Part shown: one piece after another, positions 16,532 through 28,917 of the stretch
How positions within the stretch are numbered: position 1 is the first letter of the stretch
Layout of the letters: the number at the start of each line of letters is the position of its first letter
NCBI GenBank assembly: GCA_964016885.1
Contig: OZ024742.1
Span: 32,674,001 to 32,738,000, forward strand
DNA from: Eledone cirrhosa
Lineage: Eukaryota
Direction: 5' to 3'
DNA: 64,000 bases
Notes under the pieces: model-generated
The model's input: the letters and a program-made list of their open reading frames with translations, nothing else
What the model was told of the DNA's origin: nothing
The model's database searches: none
Position numbers and translations under genes: made by a program

Positions 16532-17497
16532 CATCATCATCATCATCATCATCACCGTTTTACGTCCGTTCTTCCACGCTAGCATGGGTTAGACGGGTTG
16601 TCCTGTTGTGGGCAGTGTCTGGTCAGCTGACCATGCCTTGCTCATATAGGAACTGATCTGGCTTGATTTCTACAGCTGGATGCCCTTCCTAACACCAACC
16701 TCATTTACAGTGAGTGCTGGGTGCTTTTTCGTGGCGCCTACACGTCCACTTTACAGTGTGGGCTGGGTGCTTTTTTGCCGTGGCTCCTCCACGGCCACCT
16801 TGCGGTGGGGGTGGGGTGGGGGGGGGGCATATTGTTTATATGCTTCAGCATGTACCCATGGGAGGTCGGGTACCCTGTATTACTGCGTGACGCCAGAAGT
16901 CACGGTCGTGTGTCATTGACTTTGAGAGGTGTAGTTGGGTAAGGTCGGCTTTTATCACCTCATCCCAAGTCATCTTGGGTCTCCCCACTCCGCGGTTTCC
17001 ATCAACTTCTAGTGCTCTGCACCTTTTTATGCAGCTGTCATCCTTCATACGCATCACATGTCCATACCAGCGTAACCGCCTCTCCTGCACGCAGCATTTG
17101 ATTCCTCTTATGCTCAGTCTCTCTCTCAATTCCTTTATGCTTTGTCGTTCACGTATATTACTGTTACACATCCATCGGGGCATGCAGGCTTCGTTTCTCT
17201 CTAATCTACGTAAGTCTTCCACCTTCAGCGCCCAGGTCTCACTACCATGCAACATCGCTGTTCGGATACACGCATCATACAGTCTGCCTTTCATTCTGAG
17301 GGAGAAGCCTTTTGCAGCTAGCAGTGGTAGTAGTTCCCTAAACTTCTTCCATCCCGTTCTTACCCTAGTTATTGTACTTTCTGAGCACCCACCTCTGTTG
17401 CTAATTCGGTCACCTAGGTAGCAGAAGCTGTCTACTGTTTCTACAGGGCCCTCCCAGAGATTGGTGGTACTTGTTTCCTGTGGCTGTTTGCTTGCTA
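16532..17497 (-). mobile_element. 5'-truncated RTE LINE family B
   Basis: ORF 16845-17294 (MLHGSETW...RRLRWYGHV), 3' UTR and (GAT)n tail. Confidence 0.9.
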
Positions 17498-17575
17498 TAT
17501 ATATATATAAATATATATATATATAAATATATATAAATATATATATATATAAATAAATATATATATATATATATA

Positions 17576-17633
<58 letters not shown>

Positions 17634-17660
17634 AATATATATATATAAATATATATAAAT

Positions 17661-17691
<31 letters not shown>

Positions 17692-17702
17692 AATATATAT
17701 AA

Positions 17703-17733
<31 letters not shown>

Positions 17734-17786
17734 AATGTAAATATACGATATTAAATAAATGGAAACTATATTTATAAAACCATATT

Positions 17787-17852
17787 TATTTCATTATATA
17801 TATTTCAGGGATATCATATTAAAAATATGGTATGCCTTCATCAGACAAAATA
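17787..17852 (-). ncRNA. Type I hammerhead ribozyme in the 3' pLTR, sense to the ORF
   Basis: Minus strand reads TATTTTGT-CTGATGA-AGGCATACCATATT-ttt-AATATGATATCCCT-GAAA-TATATA-TA-ATGAAATA. Confidence 0.75.
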
Positions 17853-18147
17853 CAATATAAACAGTCTTATAAATAGATAGATTTGACATACCTTACAACT
17901 TCAACTTCCATTTAAAAAGTTGATTTGGTAGTGAAAAATGTTAGGGACAGTTATAAAAAGAAAGAAAGAAAGCGAAGAAAAAGAAGAAATGCATGCAACG
18001 AAAAACAGAGAGAGAGAGATATAGAGAGATAGATAGAGAGAAGAAATTCATGTAAAGAAAAAACAGAGAGAGATAGATAGAGAGAAGAAATTCATGTAAA
18101 GAAAAAACAGAGAGAGATAGATAGAGAGAGAAAAAAGACAGAGGGAG

Positions 18148-18184
<37 letters not shown>

Positions 18185-18545
18185 AAAAATAGAGAGATAT
18201 AGATAGAGATAGAGAGAAAGAAAATAGGTAGTTGGGCACCAGTTGAATGACGTATCAATGATATATTTATTTATTTATTTATTTATTTAGTTCTAGTATT
18301 AAGGTAGAGAGAGATATATGTGGTTAGGAGAGAAAACAGCCGTTACATAGAGAGAAAAGAAAAATATCCAGAGATAAACGAGGCAGAATTTAAAACATTA
18401 TGTTTCATCAATCTAAAAATATCAATTCGTATGAATTAGGTATTATAATGTAAATATCAGTATTCAGGAATGAGACACGTATCAATAATGTGTGAAAAAT
18501 AATGATCATATGTCTAGTTTAAAATTCCTAGGTTTATAATCAGAG

Positions 18546-18719
18546 CTGAGATAAAAAAACTGAGATAAAAAAACTGAGATAAAAAAACTGAGCTAAAAAA
18601 ACTGAGCTAAAAAAACTGAGCTAAAAAAACTGAGCTAAAAAAACTGAGATAAAAAAACTGAGATAAAAAAACTGAGATAAAAAAACTGAGATAAAAAAAC
18701 TGAGATAAAAAAAACTGAA
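18546..18719. repeat. 14-bp minisatellite CTGAG(A/C)TAAAAAAA, ~12 copies, in the Penelope 3' region
   Basis: Period of 14 read directly (18546, 18560, 18574...). Confidence 0.9.
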
Positions 18720-19388
18720 ATACATAAGTACATATGCACTTTCATGAAAAAAGAAAAAGAAAATAGGTTATCCCAGATTCGATACTATAGACATCCATGT
18801 GAATTTACGTGATCAACTCTGCAAATTCCTATTTCACATGAAAACATTCTCATTGTGCTATAAAAATTCTAGTATACATATATGTGCACATACACACAAA
18901 TATATATAGAATCTACATTAATTTTAACAATACTATTCTTGTCTTTACTCTACATGATTATCGTTCAAGCATAAATAGACAACAGATATCAATATATCAA
19001 TAAAAATATTAAAAAAATAAAAAAATAAAAAATATTAAAAATAAAACACAGTATGCCCCGCAAATCAACCACAGAAATCAACCCTTCAAAATTAATTGAC
19101 AATATATTGCCAAGTTCATTATAAGCATCAGAATCAAAAGCAAACAAAACCAAAATTGTTTACCAAATCCTGTCTAGCAGAAATCATTCCAAAAGTTTAG
19201 GATACCTATTTGATCTACAGATGGTCTTATATTTATTATAGAAGTTTATCTAGTGTAAAATTTATTCGATATATTTGGAGCATCAGCTTTTAGGGTAGTT
19301 TAATTATTCATGAAGAATGTTTAAAAAAAAGAAATCGAAAGATTTATCGGCAAGTTTCATAAATAATTACAAATCATAAGTAAATATA

Positions 19389-20060
19389 CTACATTTTAAA
19401 TTTATATTTATATTTAAAAGTTGAGTTCAATCTATGTCTGCAGCAACTGAATAAATTTGTCCGTAAATTAAGGGAATTTTTAGATTTTAGTATAAAGAAT
19501 ATCTCCTCCGCGCAGAGGTCACATGTCTCAGAAGATGAATTAAAAGGAATCCCTCTTGAGACTATATTCCAAGCCGTCGAATATCCAACGTTATCATGCT
19601 TAAGTTGCCAGAGTAAGCCTGATAGTGATGTTGAAGAATTTTTGCTTGGATCTGTGAAAGAATTCTTGTGGTTATTATAGCGAAGTTTAAATTCTGTCGA
19701 GGTGGAACCAACATAGTTAAAAGAATTTAAGTCCGTTTTAACATTACAGTTGTATATTATATTTTTAACTAAGCAATTGTTATTTAACGGACATTTAGAT
19801 CTATCTCTACAGTTACATTTGTTTACTTGGATATTATTTATGCTATTATCGGTATTTTGGCTAGGTTTTAAATTCCTATTATTTATTCTATTAATATTTT
19901 GTGCTAAATTTTTGGTGGATGAGTAAGTTAATTTTATAGTATGTCTATTGAAAATTGAGTGATACTTATGTGTTCTAGGGAAGCGATTATCAAGAGCATT
20001 AAAAAATAGTTTAGCGATGTGGGTTTTAATGTTTAGTGAGAAGGGGGGGGGGGGGGGCAA
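19389..20060 (-). CDS. Penelope-like ORF, C-terminal part: linker and GIY-YIG endonuclease (Naiad-like cysteine pattern)
   Basis: CNCRDRSKCPLNNNC-LVKNIIY...YVGST...FKLRYNNH...CDLCAEE...LNLR...CCRH. Joined to the RT part across a G15 homopolymer frameshift. Confidence 0.85.
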   Translation of the reverse strand: MPPPPPFSLNIKTHIAKLFFNALDNRFPRTHKYHSIFNRHTIKLTYSSTKNLAQNINRINNRNLKPSQNTDNSINNIQVNKCNCRDRSKCPLNNNCLVKNIIYNCNVKTDLNSFNYVGSTSTEFKLRYNNHKNSFTDPSKNSSTSLSGLLWQLKHDNVGYSTAWNIVSRGIPFNSSSETCDLCAEEIFFILKSKNSLNLRTNLFSCCRHRLNSTFKYKYKFKM

Positions 20061-21279
20061 ACCATATTATATTCCTAGTTCTATTTCTTTTTTGGCTTTT
20101 GGAATTATTGTAATGCTTTCTATTATAGTTGTTAAAGTTGTTGCCGTAATTAAAATTGTTGTTATTTTGGTTAGTTTGTCTATTATTATCTATGTACATA
20201 ATTTTATCACTATATCCTGCTCTAGCTAACGCTTCATTGTAATACTGGGCTTTTTCGTCGAAAATCTTTTTATTAGATGAGATTCTAGAGATACGTTTTT
20301 GAACAGAGTTCACTATAGTATTTTTAACAGATCTGGGGTGGTTAGAGTTAAAACTGACATAGTTTAAGTTTTCATTCAACTTGTGAAATGGATAGTGAAG
20401 ATTAATGTTGAGATTTAATGTTACATCTAGGAAATTGACTATTCTATGGTTATTCTCAATTTCTATTTTTAGATTAAAGTAATTAAAAAATTGTATAATT
20501 TGTTTTCTTTTTCTATTTAGTTCAGAGTTATTATTTTCAATAAGTAAAAGCATGTCATCTCTATATAATCCTCCGGTAGCACCGGGTATTTTCCTATGCA
20601 GCGAATTGATTATAAATAGGCCCACAAGGTCAGTTACCTGAGCTGAGTCGGATGATCCCATAGTAATGTCGAAATTGTTATCTCTATCTGCTCTGGTCCA
20701 TAGTTGGTTATTAAATTCTATCAATGTTTTCCTAGCCGATAATATAATGTGCATTTCATTGCTAGTTAGGTCTGTATGTTTGAATGCGTAATTTAATGCC
20801 TTATTTAGTAGATTAGGGGTAATAGATGAATAATAGTTAGCAATATCTAGTTGAATAAATTTATTATTATTGTTATATTTAATTTCTTTAAACCACTCAA
20901 TAACCTCTCCAGTTCCCTTCCACAAGCTCAAGTTAGGTAAACAATTCAAGTTTTTAATTTGCTGTATCACCCTGTCTAGAATGTTTTTGCTAAGTTTACC
21001 CAGGTCAGATTTTGATGGTGCAATCAATCTGACTGGCAGGTCATTTTCAAAATTTCTTTTGTGATCTTTCATATTGATCTTGGGTTTCCTGGGCACGAAA
21101 GGTTGTGTTTTGTTCTCAATTTCCAACTCATGCATTATACAAGATGCCTCAACATTCATTTTCTCAAGCTCGGCCTTATCTGCTACCTTGTACTTTTTCC
21201 TCAGTTCTTTCAGTATGAGGCCATTATACATGTCTTTTTGCACTCCATAGAGGTTGTTGGTCTTGTCAGATTTCACCAA
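20026..21279 (-). CDS. Penelope-like reverse transcriptase, N-terminally truncated at the inversion junction
   Basis: Motifs KSDKT, VRLIAP, QLDIANYY, ITMGSSDS, LYRDD, VNFLDVTLNL and SNHP. Confidence 0.9.
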   Translation of the reverse strand: MVKSDKTNNLYGVQKDMYNGLILKELRKKYKVADKAELEKMNVEASCIMHELEIENKTQPFVPRKPKINMKDHKRNFENDLPVRLIAPSKSDLGKLSKNILDRVIQQIKNLNCLPNLSLWKGTGEVIEWFKEIKYNNNNKFIQLDIANYYSSITPNLLNKALNYAFKHTDLTSNEMHIILSARKTLIEFNNQLWTRADRDNNFDITMGSSDSAQVTDLVGLFIINSLHRKIPGATGGLYRDDMLLLIENNNSELNRKRKQIIQFFNYFNLKIEIENNHRIVNFLDVTLNLNINLHYPFHKLNENLNYVSFNSNHPRSVKNTIVNSVQKRISRISSNKKIFDEKAQYYNEALARAGYSDKIMYIDNNRQTNQNNNNFNYGNNFNNYNRKHYNNSKSQKRNRTRNIIWFAPPPPLLTKH

Positions 21280-21924
21280 GATCTTCTCAGTTTTAAACCT
21301 AGGAATTTTAAACTAGACATATGATCATTATTTTTCACACATTATTGATACGTGTCTCATTCCTGAATACTGATATTTACATTATAATACCTAATTCATA
21401 CGAATTGATATTTTTAGATTGATGAAACATAATGTTTTAAATTCTGCCTCGTTTATCTCTGGATATTTTTCTTTTCTCTCTATGTAACGGCTGTTTTCTC
21501 TCCTAACCACATATATCTCTCTCTACCTTAATACTAGAACTAAATAAATAAATAAATATATCATTGATACGTCATTCAACTGGTGCCCAACTACCTATTT
21601 TCTTTCTCTCTATCTATATCTATCTCTCTCTATTTTTTCTCTCTCTCTCTCTCTTCTCTCTCTCTCTATCTCCCTCTGTCTTTTTTCTCTCTCTATCTAT
21701 CTCTCTCTGTTTTTTCTTTACATGAATTTCTTCTCTCTATCTATCTCTCTATATCTCTCTCTCTCTGTTTTTCGTTGCATGCATTTCTTCTTTTTCTTCG
21801 CTTTCTTTCTTTCTTTCTTTTTATAACTGTCCCTAACATTTTTCACTACCAAATCAACTTTTTAAATGGAAGTTGAAGTTGTAAGGTATGTCAAATCTAT
21901 CTATTTATAAGACTGTTTATATTG

Positions 21925-21982
21925 TATTTTGTCTGATGAAGGCATACCATATTTTTAATGATATCCCTGAAATATATATAAT
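21925..21982 (+). ncRNA. Hammerhead of the inverted pLTR, disrupted by a SINE insertion at the cleavage site
   Basis: CTGATGA 21933-21939, then stem II, GAAA and TATATA-TA, then SINE sequence. The 3' strand of stem I is displaced to ~22182. Confidence 0.65.
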
Positions 21983-22166
21983 TGTTTCTACTTTTGGCAC
22001 AAGGCCAGCAATTACCCAGTGCATTACTGGTACTTTATTTTATCAACCCCGTAAGGATGAAAGGCAAAGTTAACCTCAGCGGGATTTGAACTCAGACCGT
22101 AAAGGGACGTAACTATGCTGGAAAGCATGATGTCCGAGTCTCTACCGATACTGCCAATCCACCGCC
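21981..22166 (-). mobile_element. SINE family 2 (tRNA-like head, GCCTTTCATCC...GATAAAATAAAGTACC central domain) with ~17-bp TSD
   Basis: TSD CCTGAAATATATATAAT at 21966 and 22167; absent from the other terminal repeat. Confidence 0.9.
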
Positions 22167-22378
22167 CCTGAAATATATATAATGAAATAAATATGGTTTT
22201 ATAAATATAGTTTCCATTTATTTAATATCGTAAATATACTCCAAATACTTGTTGAGTGCTTTTATATCAGTTATAAATATTTACTCGTTGTAACCCAACA
22301 ATTTAAATAAAACTTTGCATATATAAATATATATATATATATATATAAATATATATATAAATATATATATATATATAA

Positions 22379-22421
<43 letters not shown>

Positions 22422-22618
22422 TATATATAAATATATATATAAATATATGTGAAGGTATGTTTATTCTATCTGATAGTTTGTATAATTTTGTACATAGATC
22501 TTTTGAATATGCATACCTATTCTAACACATATATGTCCTAGAAACGATCGTAAAATAATGAACTTGTTTTGTTTAATATAAGGAACTGTTTCTTTGTTTA
22601 TTCATTATTTTTTTAATA

Positions 22619-22661
<43 letters not shown>

Positions 22662-24414
22662 CACACACAAATGTGTGTATATGTGGTAGTGGTGGCGGTT
22701 GTTTAGCCCCAGGCCAGTCATCATCCAGCAAGTCAATGATTAATACAGTACAGTATAATTGAAGGTGGTGTGATGACTGCAGCCCCAACATATCCTATAT
22801 ATTAATAATATTATTAATATGAGAGGGGTCAGATGCAATATACAGGAGCGGAGATAGCGGTGGTTTGAGCATATGATGCTTATGGAGGATGACAGCTGTA
22901 TAAAAAGTTGCAGGGCACTTAAAGTTGATGGTAACTATGGAAGAAGAAGACCTAGGAAAACTGCATAAAGGAGATGACATACGATTGAGACCTGACGTCA
23001 TGTACTGCAGAAGACTCGCCCTCCTTTGTGCACAAAATGAAATGAAACAAATATGTAGAGGACACACTAGTCTTCAGCAATCTTCTCTCCACTCTCCATC
23101 CACTTTGCTCTGCCTTAATATCCTACTCTACCTGCTAAATATCCCATGTACCTAATTGATGTCGAACTTGCGTACCTGTAAGGTGGTCCTGTTAGTGATA
23201 CAACAAAAGGTACCCAGTCCACACTGTAAGGTGTTTGGTGTTAGTAAAGGCATCCAGCCGTAGATACAAAGCCAAAATACAGATCCGTATGAGCATGATG
23301 TTTCTGGACCTTCCTTGTCTCATAATGTGACAACGTATCTAACCCATGCAATGCATGAAAAAATGGACGTTAAATGGTGATGACACTAATTTACAAATGT
23401 GCCTATAGATGTGGTGGTGGTGGTTTTGCCCCAGGTCAGTTATCATCCAGCATGTCTATGATTTATACAGTACAGTAGGTTGTTGAATTAACTGCAACAA
23501 CAAAATATATCATTAATATATATACACCCTTGTGGGGGGCCAATATATGAGGTTTGGGATGTGGAATGTAAGGACTATGACAGGGAGATCAGGGGAAGTG
23601 GTTGCAGCACTGAATAGTTGACATATGTTGTGTGCAGGAGACAAGATGAAAGGAAGATAAAGGCAGAAGTACGAGTTGATGTGGCAAAGATGTCCAGAGA
23701 GTGAGCATGGTGTTGGTATCTTGATTTCTGTAGCGTTTGTAGTTAGTGGAGAGTGAAACTGGTGAACATCATCTCAGGATAAGCTTCCAATGAATATGGC
23801 AAGAATTAGAGGAAGGGGAAGACCCAGAAAGACAACTAAAAAGGAAGGAGGAAATGGAAGTCAGTGTGTTAGTGTGGAGTGATGCTCTTGCTCTGATCAA
23901 TTGACAAGATTCCAGAACACATTCACTTGCCGGGTGGGATGGACCTTGTCAAATCAGACCAAGGAAACTTTTGTTTCTATTGGTCTTTCCATTGTTAATA
24001 CTATCTATTGGTTGCAACTCCTGGCAGAAGGGGCAATGTGAAATAAAGTGTCTTGCTCACAATGCATCACCTGGTCCGAGAATTGAAGTTGCAACCTCAC
24101 GATTGAGAATCCAACTCTCTAACCACTAAACCATACGCCATCACTAAGTGGAATGATGCAGACCATAGGGAAAAGTGGAGAAGCTATTACTGGGGGTAGC
24201 AAGGTATGGAAGAAGGCCTTAAAATGCTTTTATTGTTGTACACATAACCATGTCAATATATTTGGTGGTGGTTGTTTAACCCTGGGTCAACCATCATCCA
24301 ATAGACCTATGATTTATATAGTACAGTAGAATATACCTGGAAATTTAAGTGATCAATTCAGTACTACTGCCTAACATTAACACAACATATATACTATACA
24401 TACACACACACATA

Positions 24415-24600
24415 TAATAATAATAATAATAATAATGAAATATTGTGTACAGTGCTCAGGTGCACTACAACTCATCAAAAAGTGTATGTATAGTACATAG
24501 GGTAATGCACAAACGTCAGGAAAATGAACAGAGCATGAGTCATGATATACACGTGTGCATGTGTATGGAAGGGGTACATCAGGTGTAGTTTTGGCGAATT
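24415..24600 (-). mobile_element. 3' end of a CR1-like LINE with (TTA)n tail
   Basis: Homologous to 36140-36272. Confidence 0.75.
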
Positions 24601-25890
24601 ATATATATGTATATACTGTACAGTATGTCCTGCCCCCAACCCTCTCCCCCCATTCCACACTGTAAAGTGGACATGTAAAAGACACAGCAAAAAGCACCAA
24701 GCCTACACTGTAAATGTGGTTGGTGTTAGGAAGAGCATCCAGCCGTAGAAAACCAGCTAGAAACGGTCACCCAAGACAACTTGCCTTAAAATAGGACCCA
24801 TACTAGCGTGGAAGATGAACGTTAATCGATGATGATGATACTAGTAAGCAGAATGGATGCAGTAAAAACCATTTAGGCCATTTACTCACCAGAGTACTCA
24901 ATACTTAGGGTTCGGACCTAGCTTTTGTGACAGCTCAGCCGTTGGGGTCCCGAATCCTTCACATGTACATACTAGTATATAGTTCAGTGTTTTACAGATA
25001 AAATATATGTGATATTTGATGACTACAACCTAATGATGAAAGTTTTGCCTCTACCAGTAATTATTGTGGGTTTAGTTGATATGCTGGAAGTATTTTGAGT
25101 ATAGTTATGAAGGGTGTGATTAGTTTTACTTTATCTAGTGTGGTATGGGTGAGTCAGGTTGAGTTTAGGTACTCTCAAGTCATGAATAATCATCTTCCCT
25201 CCAACACCCACTTATTAAATTTTGCTAATTTATGTCCAGCAAACATTTTATTATTGTAAGTGATTCATATTGACACAGCAGCTGGAGAATCTAATAATTT
25301 TATTTTACATTAAGAAAACATTTTATATGACAAAAAATAGAACATGACAAGAAATTCCATATTTATGAACATACACTATACAATTACCCCTACCCCCAGC
25401 TTATAATAATTTAAGTGAATGCCCCCCCCCCTATTATTTGGGACCCAAGAGTATATGGATAATATTTGCTTGGGTTCAAGGGTAGCGTTGGTAGGAGTTA
25501 CTTTGTGTTTGTTAGGGCAATTAATAGTTATAGTTTTATATTTAGTTGTAATAAAATGAAAACGAAATTTCATTTCTCACTCTTAGTACGGCACTTACTT
25601 AAATGTAAGTATGTATGTATACGTACATACATATATGTATACAGACGTACAGTAGCATGCATATATATATATATATATATATATACATACAGGTACACAT
25701 ACATATATGTACGTATCAGTTTAGCGGACACTTATTATAGCGCCCGTTACGTTTTATATTTATATATCTATCTATCTATATATAGATATGTGTGTGTATA
25801 TATATATATAGGGATGTGTTGATAAGCAAATTGATTACTGAATAATCATCCATTATGTATATTGTGATACAAAAATGCATATCAAAATTA

Positions 25891-26072
25891 AATAATTGTT
25901 TCTACTTTAGGCACAAGGCCAGCAAATACCCAGTACATTACTGGTACTTTATTTTATCGACCCCGTAAGGATGAAAGACAAAGTCAACCTCGGCGGGATT
26001 TGAACTCCGATCGTAAAGGGACGTAACTATGCTGGAAAGCATGGCGTCCGACCCTCTACCGATACTGCCAAT
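25891..26072 (-). mobile_element. SINE family 2
   Basis: Homologous to 43830-44017. Confidence 0.85.
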
Positions 26073-26604
26073 AAATAATATATTATATTCAGAGGTATAA
26101 CCAGGTAAAATAGCACCAATGGCAAGCAGTGAAAGTGTGTCCCTGCCCATCACTCTATTTTTACCTATGGGCTTAATAATTGTTATAAATGGTTTAATGA
26201 TCCAGCCACCATAGTGTTCTCACCCATGATAATCAGATACAGATCATACAGTAGAAGGGTCTCTTTTCTACTTTGACACCCTTTAATCTACTGGGAGTTG
26301 TACCCTATGAGCAATGCCATGTATCTTCCATCTGTGTAGATCAGTGTGCTCAAGTAGTAGAAACAGAGTTATGTTACATTGATGTGTCCTAGCAAATATG
26401 TTTATGTATTTTTAAAGATTGAATCCAATGTTTTTTCCAATCTTTCTCTGTCACCCATCCAAAACAATAATGGCTGATTATCAAAATCGATTAATTGGCA
26501 CACACACAACAAAATAGACATCAATTAATCAGCAAAACTGCTAGTACTGATTATCTGTCAATTAATCAGTGTAATCTTAATGCATACATGTGTGCATGCA
26601 CACA

Positions 26605-26638
<34 letters not shown>

Positions 26639-27410
26639 CTGTACATAGAGAACATTTGTACCCACCACTCCTCTTTCATGACTTCTAAATTGAAATTTTA
26701 AAATGTGTTTGACTGATCGTAGCATTAGTGTAAGAGACTGTACATTTATTATAATATAGATTACATATTATATTGAATTGATGATGGCATCCTTCCTTGC
26801 AAGTGGTGCAGTCAGTCGATTTATTTAGCATTTCTGAAACTTGAAACATCTGCTCTTTAAAGACAGACGAGCTGTTTGTTGGATGAGTGAGTGTAGTGCT
26901 ATATTTAGCTGACAATATATACATAATCAATTAGGAATTCACTTGCTATTTGACAATTACAATGCAGTAAAATAATACTGTTGTGAAAGCACACAGCCTA
27001 GTGTTTAGAGGTGTCGGGTTCATAATCGCAATGTTATAGATTTGATTCCTGGATTGAGTGGCACATTGTCTTCTTGAGCAAAACACTTATTTCATGTTGC
27101 TCCAGACAACTCAGCTGAAAATCAGTATCAGCAGCAGCAGCGGTTTAACCCTTTAGCATTTATATTACTTTATATTTACTATTATATTTTCACAGTAAAG
27201 ATTTTACCTCACATAATTATCTCACATAATATCAAATCTTTGAGATTTTGATGTTATTTATGTTGAGAACAATACCTTAACATCAGTATAAGCGGCTGGT
27301 TACAGCCGGTATGAGCAGTGAAACTAAAATAATAGATGTTTTAATTAAATGATGTTAGGAAAGCAGTGAGTGAAAAAATAAAACTGTAGTTGAATATAAA
27401 ATTCATTTAC

Positions 27411-27483
<73 letters not shown>

Positions 27484-27485
<2 letters not shown>

Positions 27486-27820
27486 AGGCACATGGCATAG
27501 TGGTTAGAGCATTGGCCTTGCAATCGAGAGGTTGTGAGTTCAATTCTCAGACCGGGTGATGTGTTGTGTCCTTGAGCAAGACACTTTATTTCACATTGTT
27601 CCAGTTTACTCAGCTGTAGAAATGAGATGATAGGGACTGCGGTCCCTATCATTCCACTGCAAAGTGGTCGTGGAGGTGCCACGGCAAAAAAGCACCCAGC
27701 ACTCATTGTAAATGAGGTTGGTGTTAGGAAGGGCATCCAGCTGTAGAAATCAAGCCAGAATCAGTTCCCGTCCCACCCTTGCAAGCAGGGAAAAGCGGAC
27801 GTAAAAATGATGATGATGAT
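27484..27820 (+). mobile_element. tRNA-derived SINE family 1
   Basis: Near-identical to 14835-15183; in (TA)n. Confidence 0.85.
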
Positions 27821-27839
27821 ATATATATATATATAATAT

Positions 27840-27892
<53 letters not shown>

Positions 27893-27971
27893 AAAAGTTT
27901 GGTAGAAATATCCAATGGTAAGAGCACTCAATCCATAGGACGAGTTTAGTACAAATAATTACAACAGTGAC

Positions 27972-28029
27972 ATAAACAGGCTGAATGAGTTGGAGTCCAG
28001 AACCCAACAAAACTTAAGTACCTATTTAT
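27972..28029 (+). ncRNA. Degenerate type I hammerhead
   Basis: ATAAACAGG-CTGAATGA-GTTGG...CCAAC-aAAA-CTTAAG-TA-CCTATTTAT. All three stems are present; GAAA is mutated to AAAA. Confidence 0.6.
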
Positions 28030-28032
28030 AGG

Positions 28033-28803
28033 TGCAAAAGGCTTCTCCCTCAGAATGAAAGGCAGACTGTATGATGCGTGTATCCGAACAGCGATGTTGC
28101 ATGGTAGTGAGACCTGGGCGCTGAAGGTGGAAGACTTACGTAGATTAGAGAGAAACGAAGCTTGCATGCTCCGATGGATGTGTAACAGTAATATACGTGA
28201 ACGACAAAGCATAAAGGAATTGAGAGAGAGACTGAGCATAAGAGGAATCAAATGCTGCGTGCAGGAGAGGCGGTTACGCTGGTATGGACATGTGATGCGT
28301 ATGAAGGATGACAGCTGCATAAAAAGGTGCAGAGCACTAGAAGTTGATGGAAACCGCGGAGTGGGGAGACCCAAGATGACTTGGGATGAGGTGATAAAAG
28401 CCGACCTTACCCAACTACACCTCTCAAAGTCAATGACACACGACCGTGACTTCTGGCGTCACGCAGTAATACAGGGTACCCGACCTCCCATGGGTACATG
28501 CTGAAGCATATAAACAATATGCCCCCCCCCCACCCCACCCCCACCGCAAGGTGGCCGTGGAGGTGCCACGGCAAGAAAGCACCCAGCCCACACTGTAAAG
28601 TGGACGTGTAGGCGCCACGAAAAAGCACCCAGCACTCACTGTAAATGAGGTTGGTGTTAGGAAGGGCATCCAGCTGTAGAAATCAAGCCAGATCAGTTCC
28701 TGTATGAGCAAGGCATGGTCAGCTGACCAGACACTGCCCACAACAGGACAACCCGTCTAACCCATGCTAGCGTGGAAGAACGGACGTAAAACGGTGATGA
28801 TGA

Positions 28804-28807
<4 letters not shown>
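28033..28807 (+). mobile_element. 5'-truncated RTE LINE family B
   Basis: ORF 28055-28504 is near-identical to 16845-17294; (GAT)n tail. Confidence 0.9.
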
Positions 28808-28845
<38 letters not shown>

Positions 28846-28880
28846 ATATATGTGTGTATATATATATATATGTATGTATA

Positions 28881-28913
<33 letters not shown>

Positions 28914-28917
28914 GTTG

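Larger units (their letters stand above)
17741..22320 (-). mobile_element. Penelope-like retroelement with ~800-bp inverted terminal (pseudo-LTR) repeats
   Basis: 17741-18536 is the reverse complement of ~21294-22232 (the latter interrupted by a SINE). Internal RT + GIY-YIG ORF, hammerhead in the repeats, flanked by (TA)n. Confidence 0.9.

Noticed and set aside
19389-20060. Selenocysteine recoding as reported for some Naiad-clade Penelope elements
   Set aside because: No in-frame TGA, all conserved positions are Cys codons, and I saw no convincing SECIS downstream.
26093-26104. 12-nt AG/GT-bounded microexon candidate (RYNQ) resembling the short second exon of vertebrate UCHL genes
   Set aside because: Poor polypyrimidine tract, weak donor and weak similarity; expected by chance.
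26826-26909. Possible minus-strand terminal exon (LNIALHSLIQQTARLSLKSRCFKFQKC*) with downstream AATAAA
   Set aside because: Weak acceptor, no partner exons found and no confident homology.
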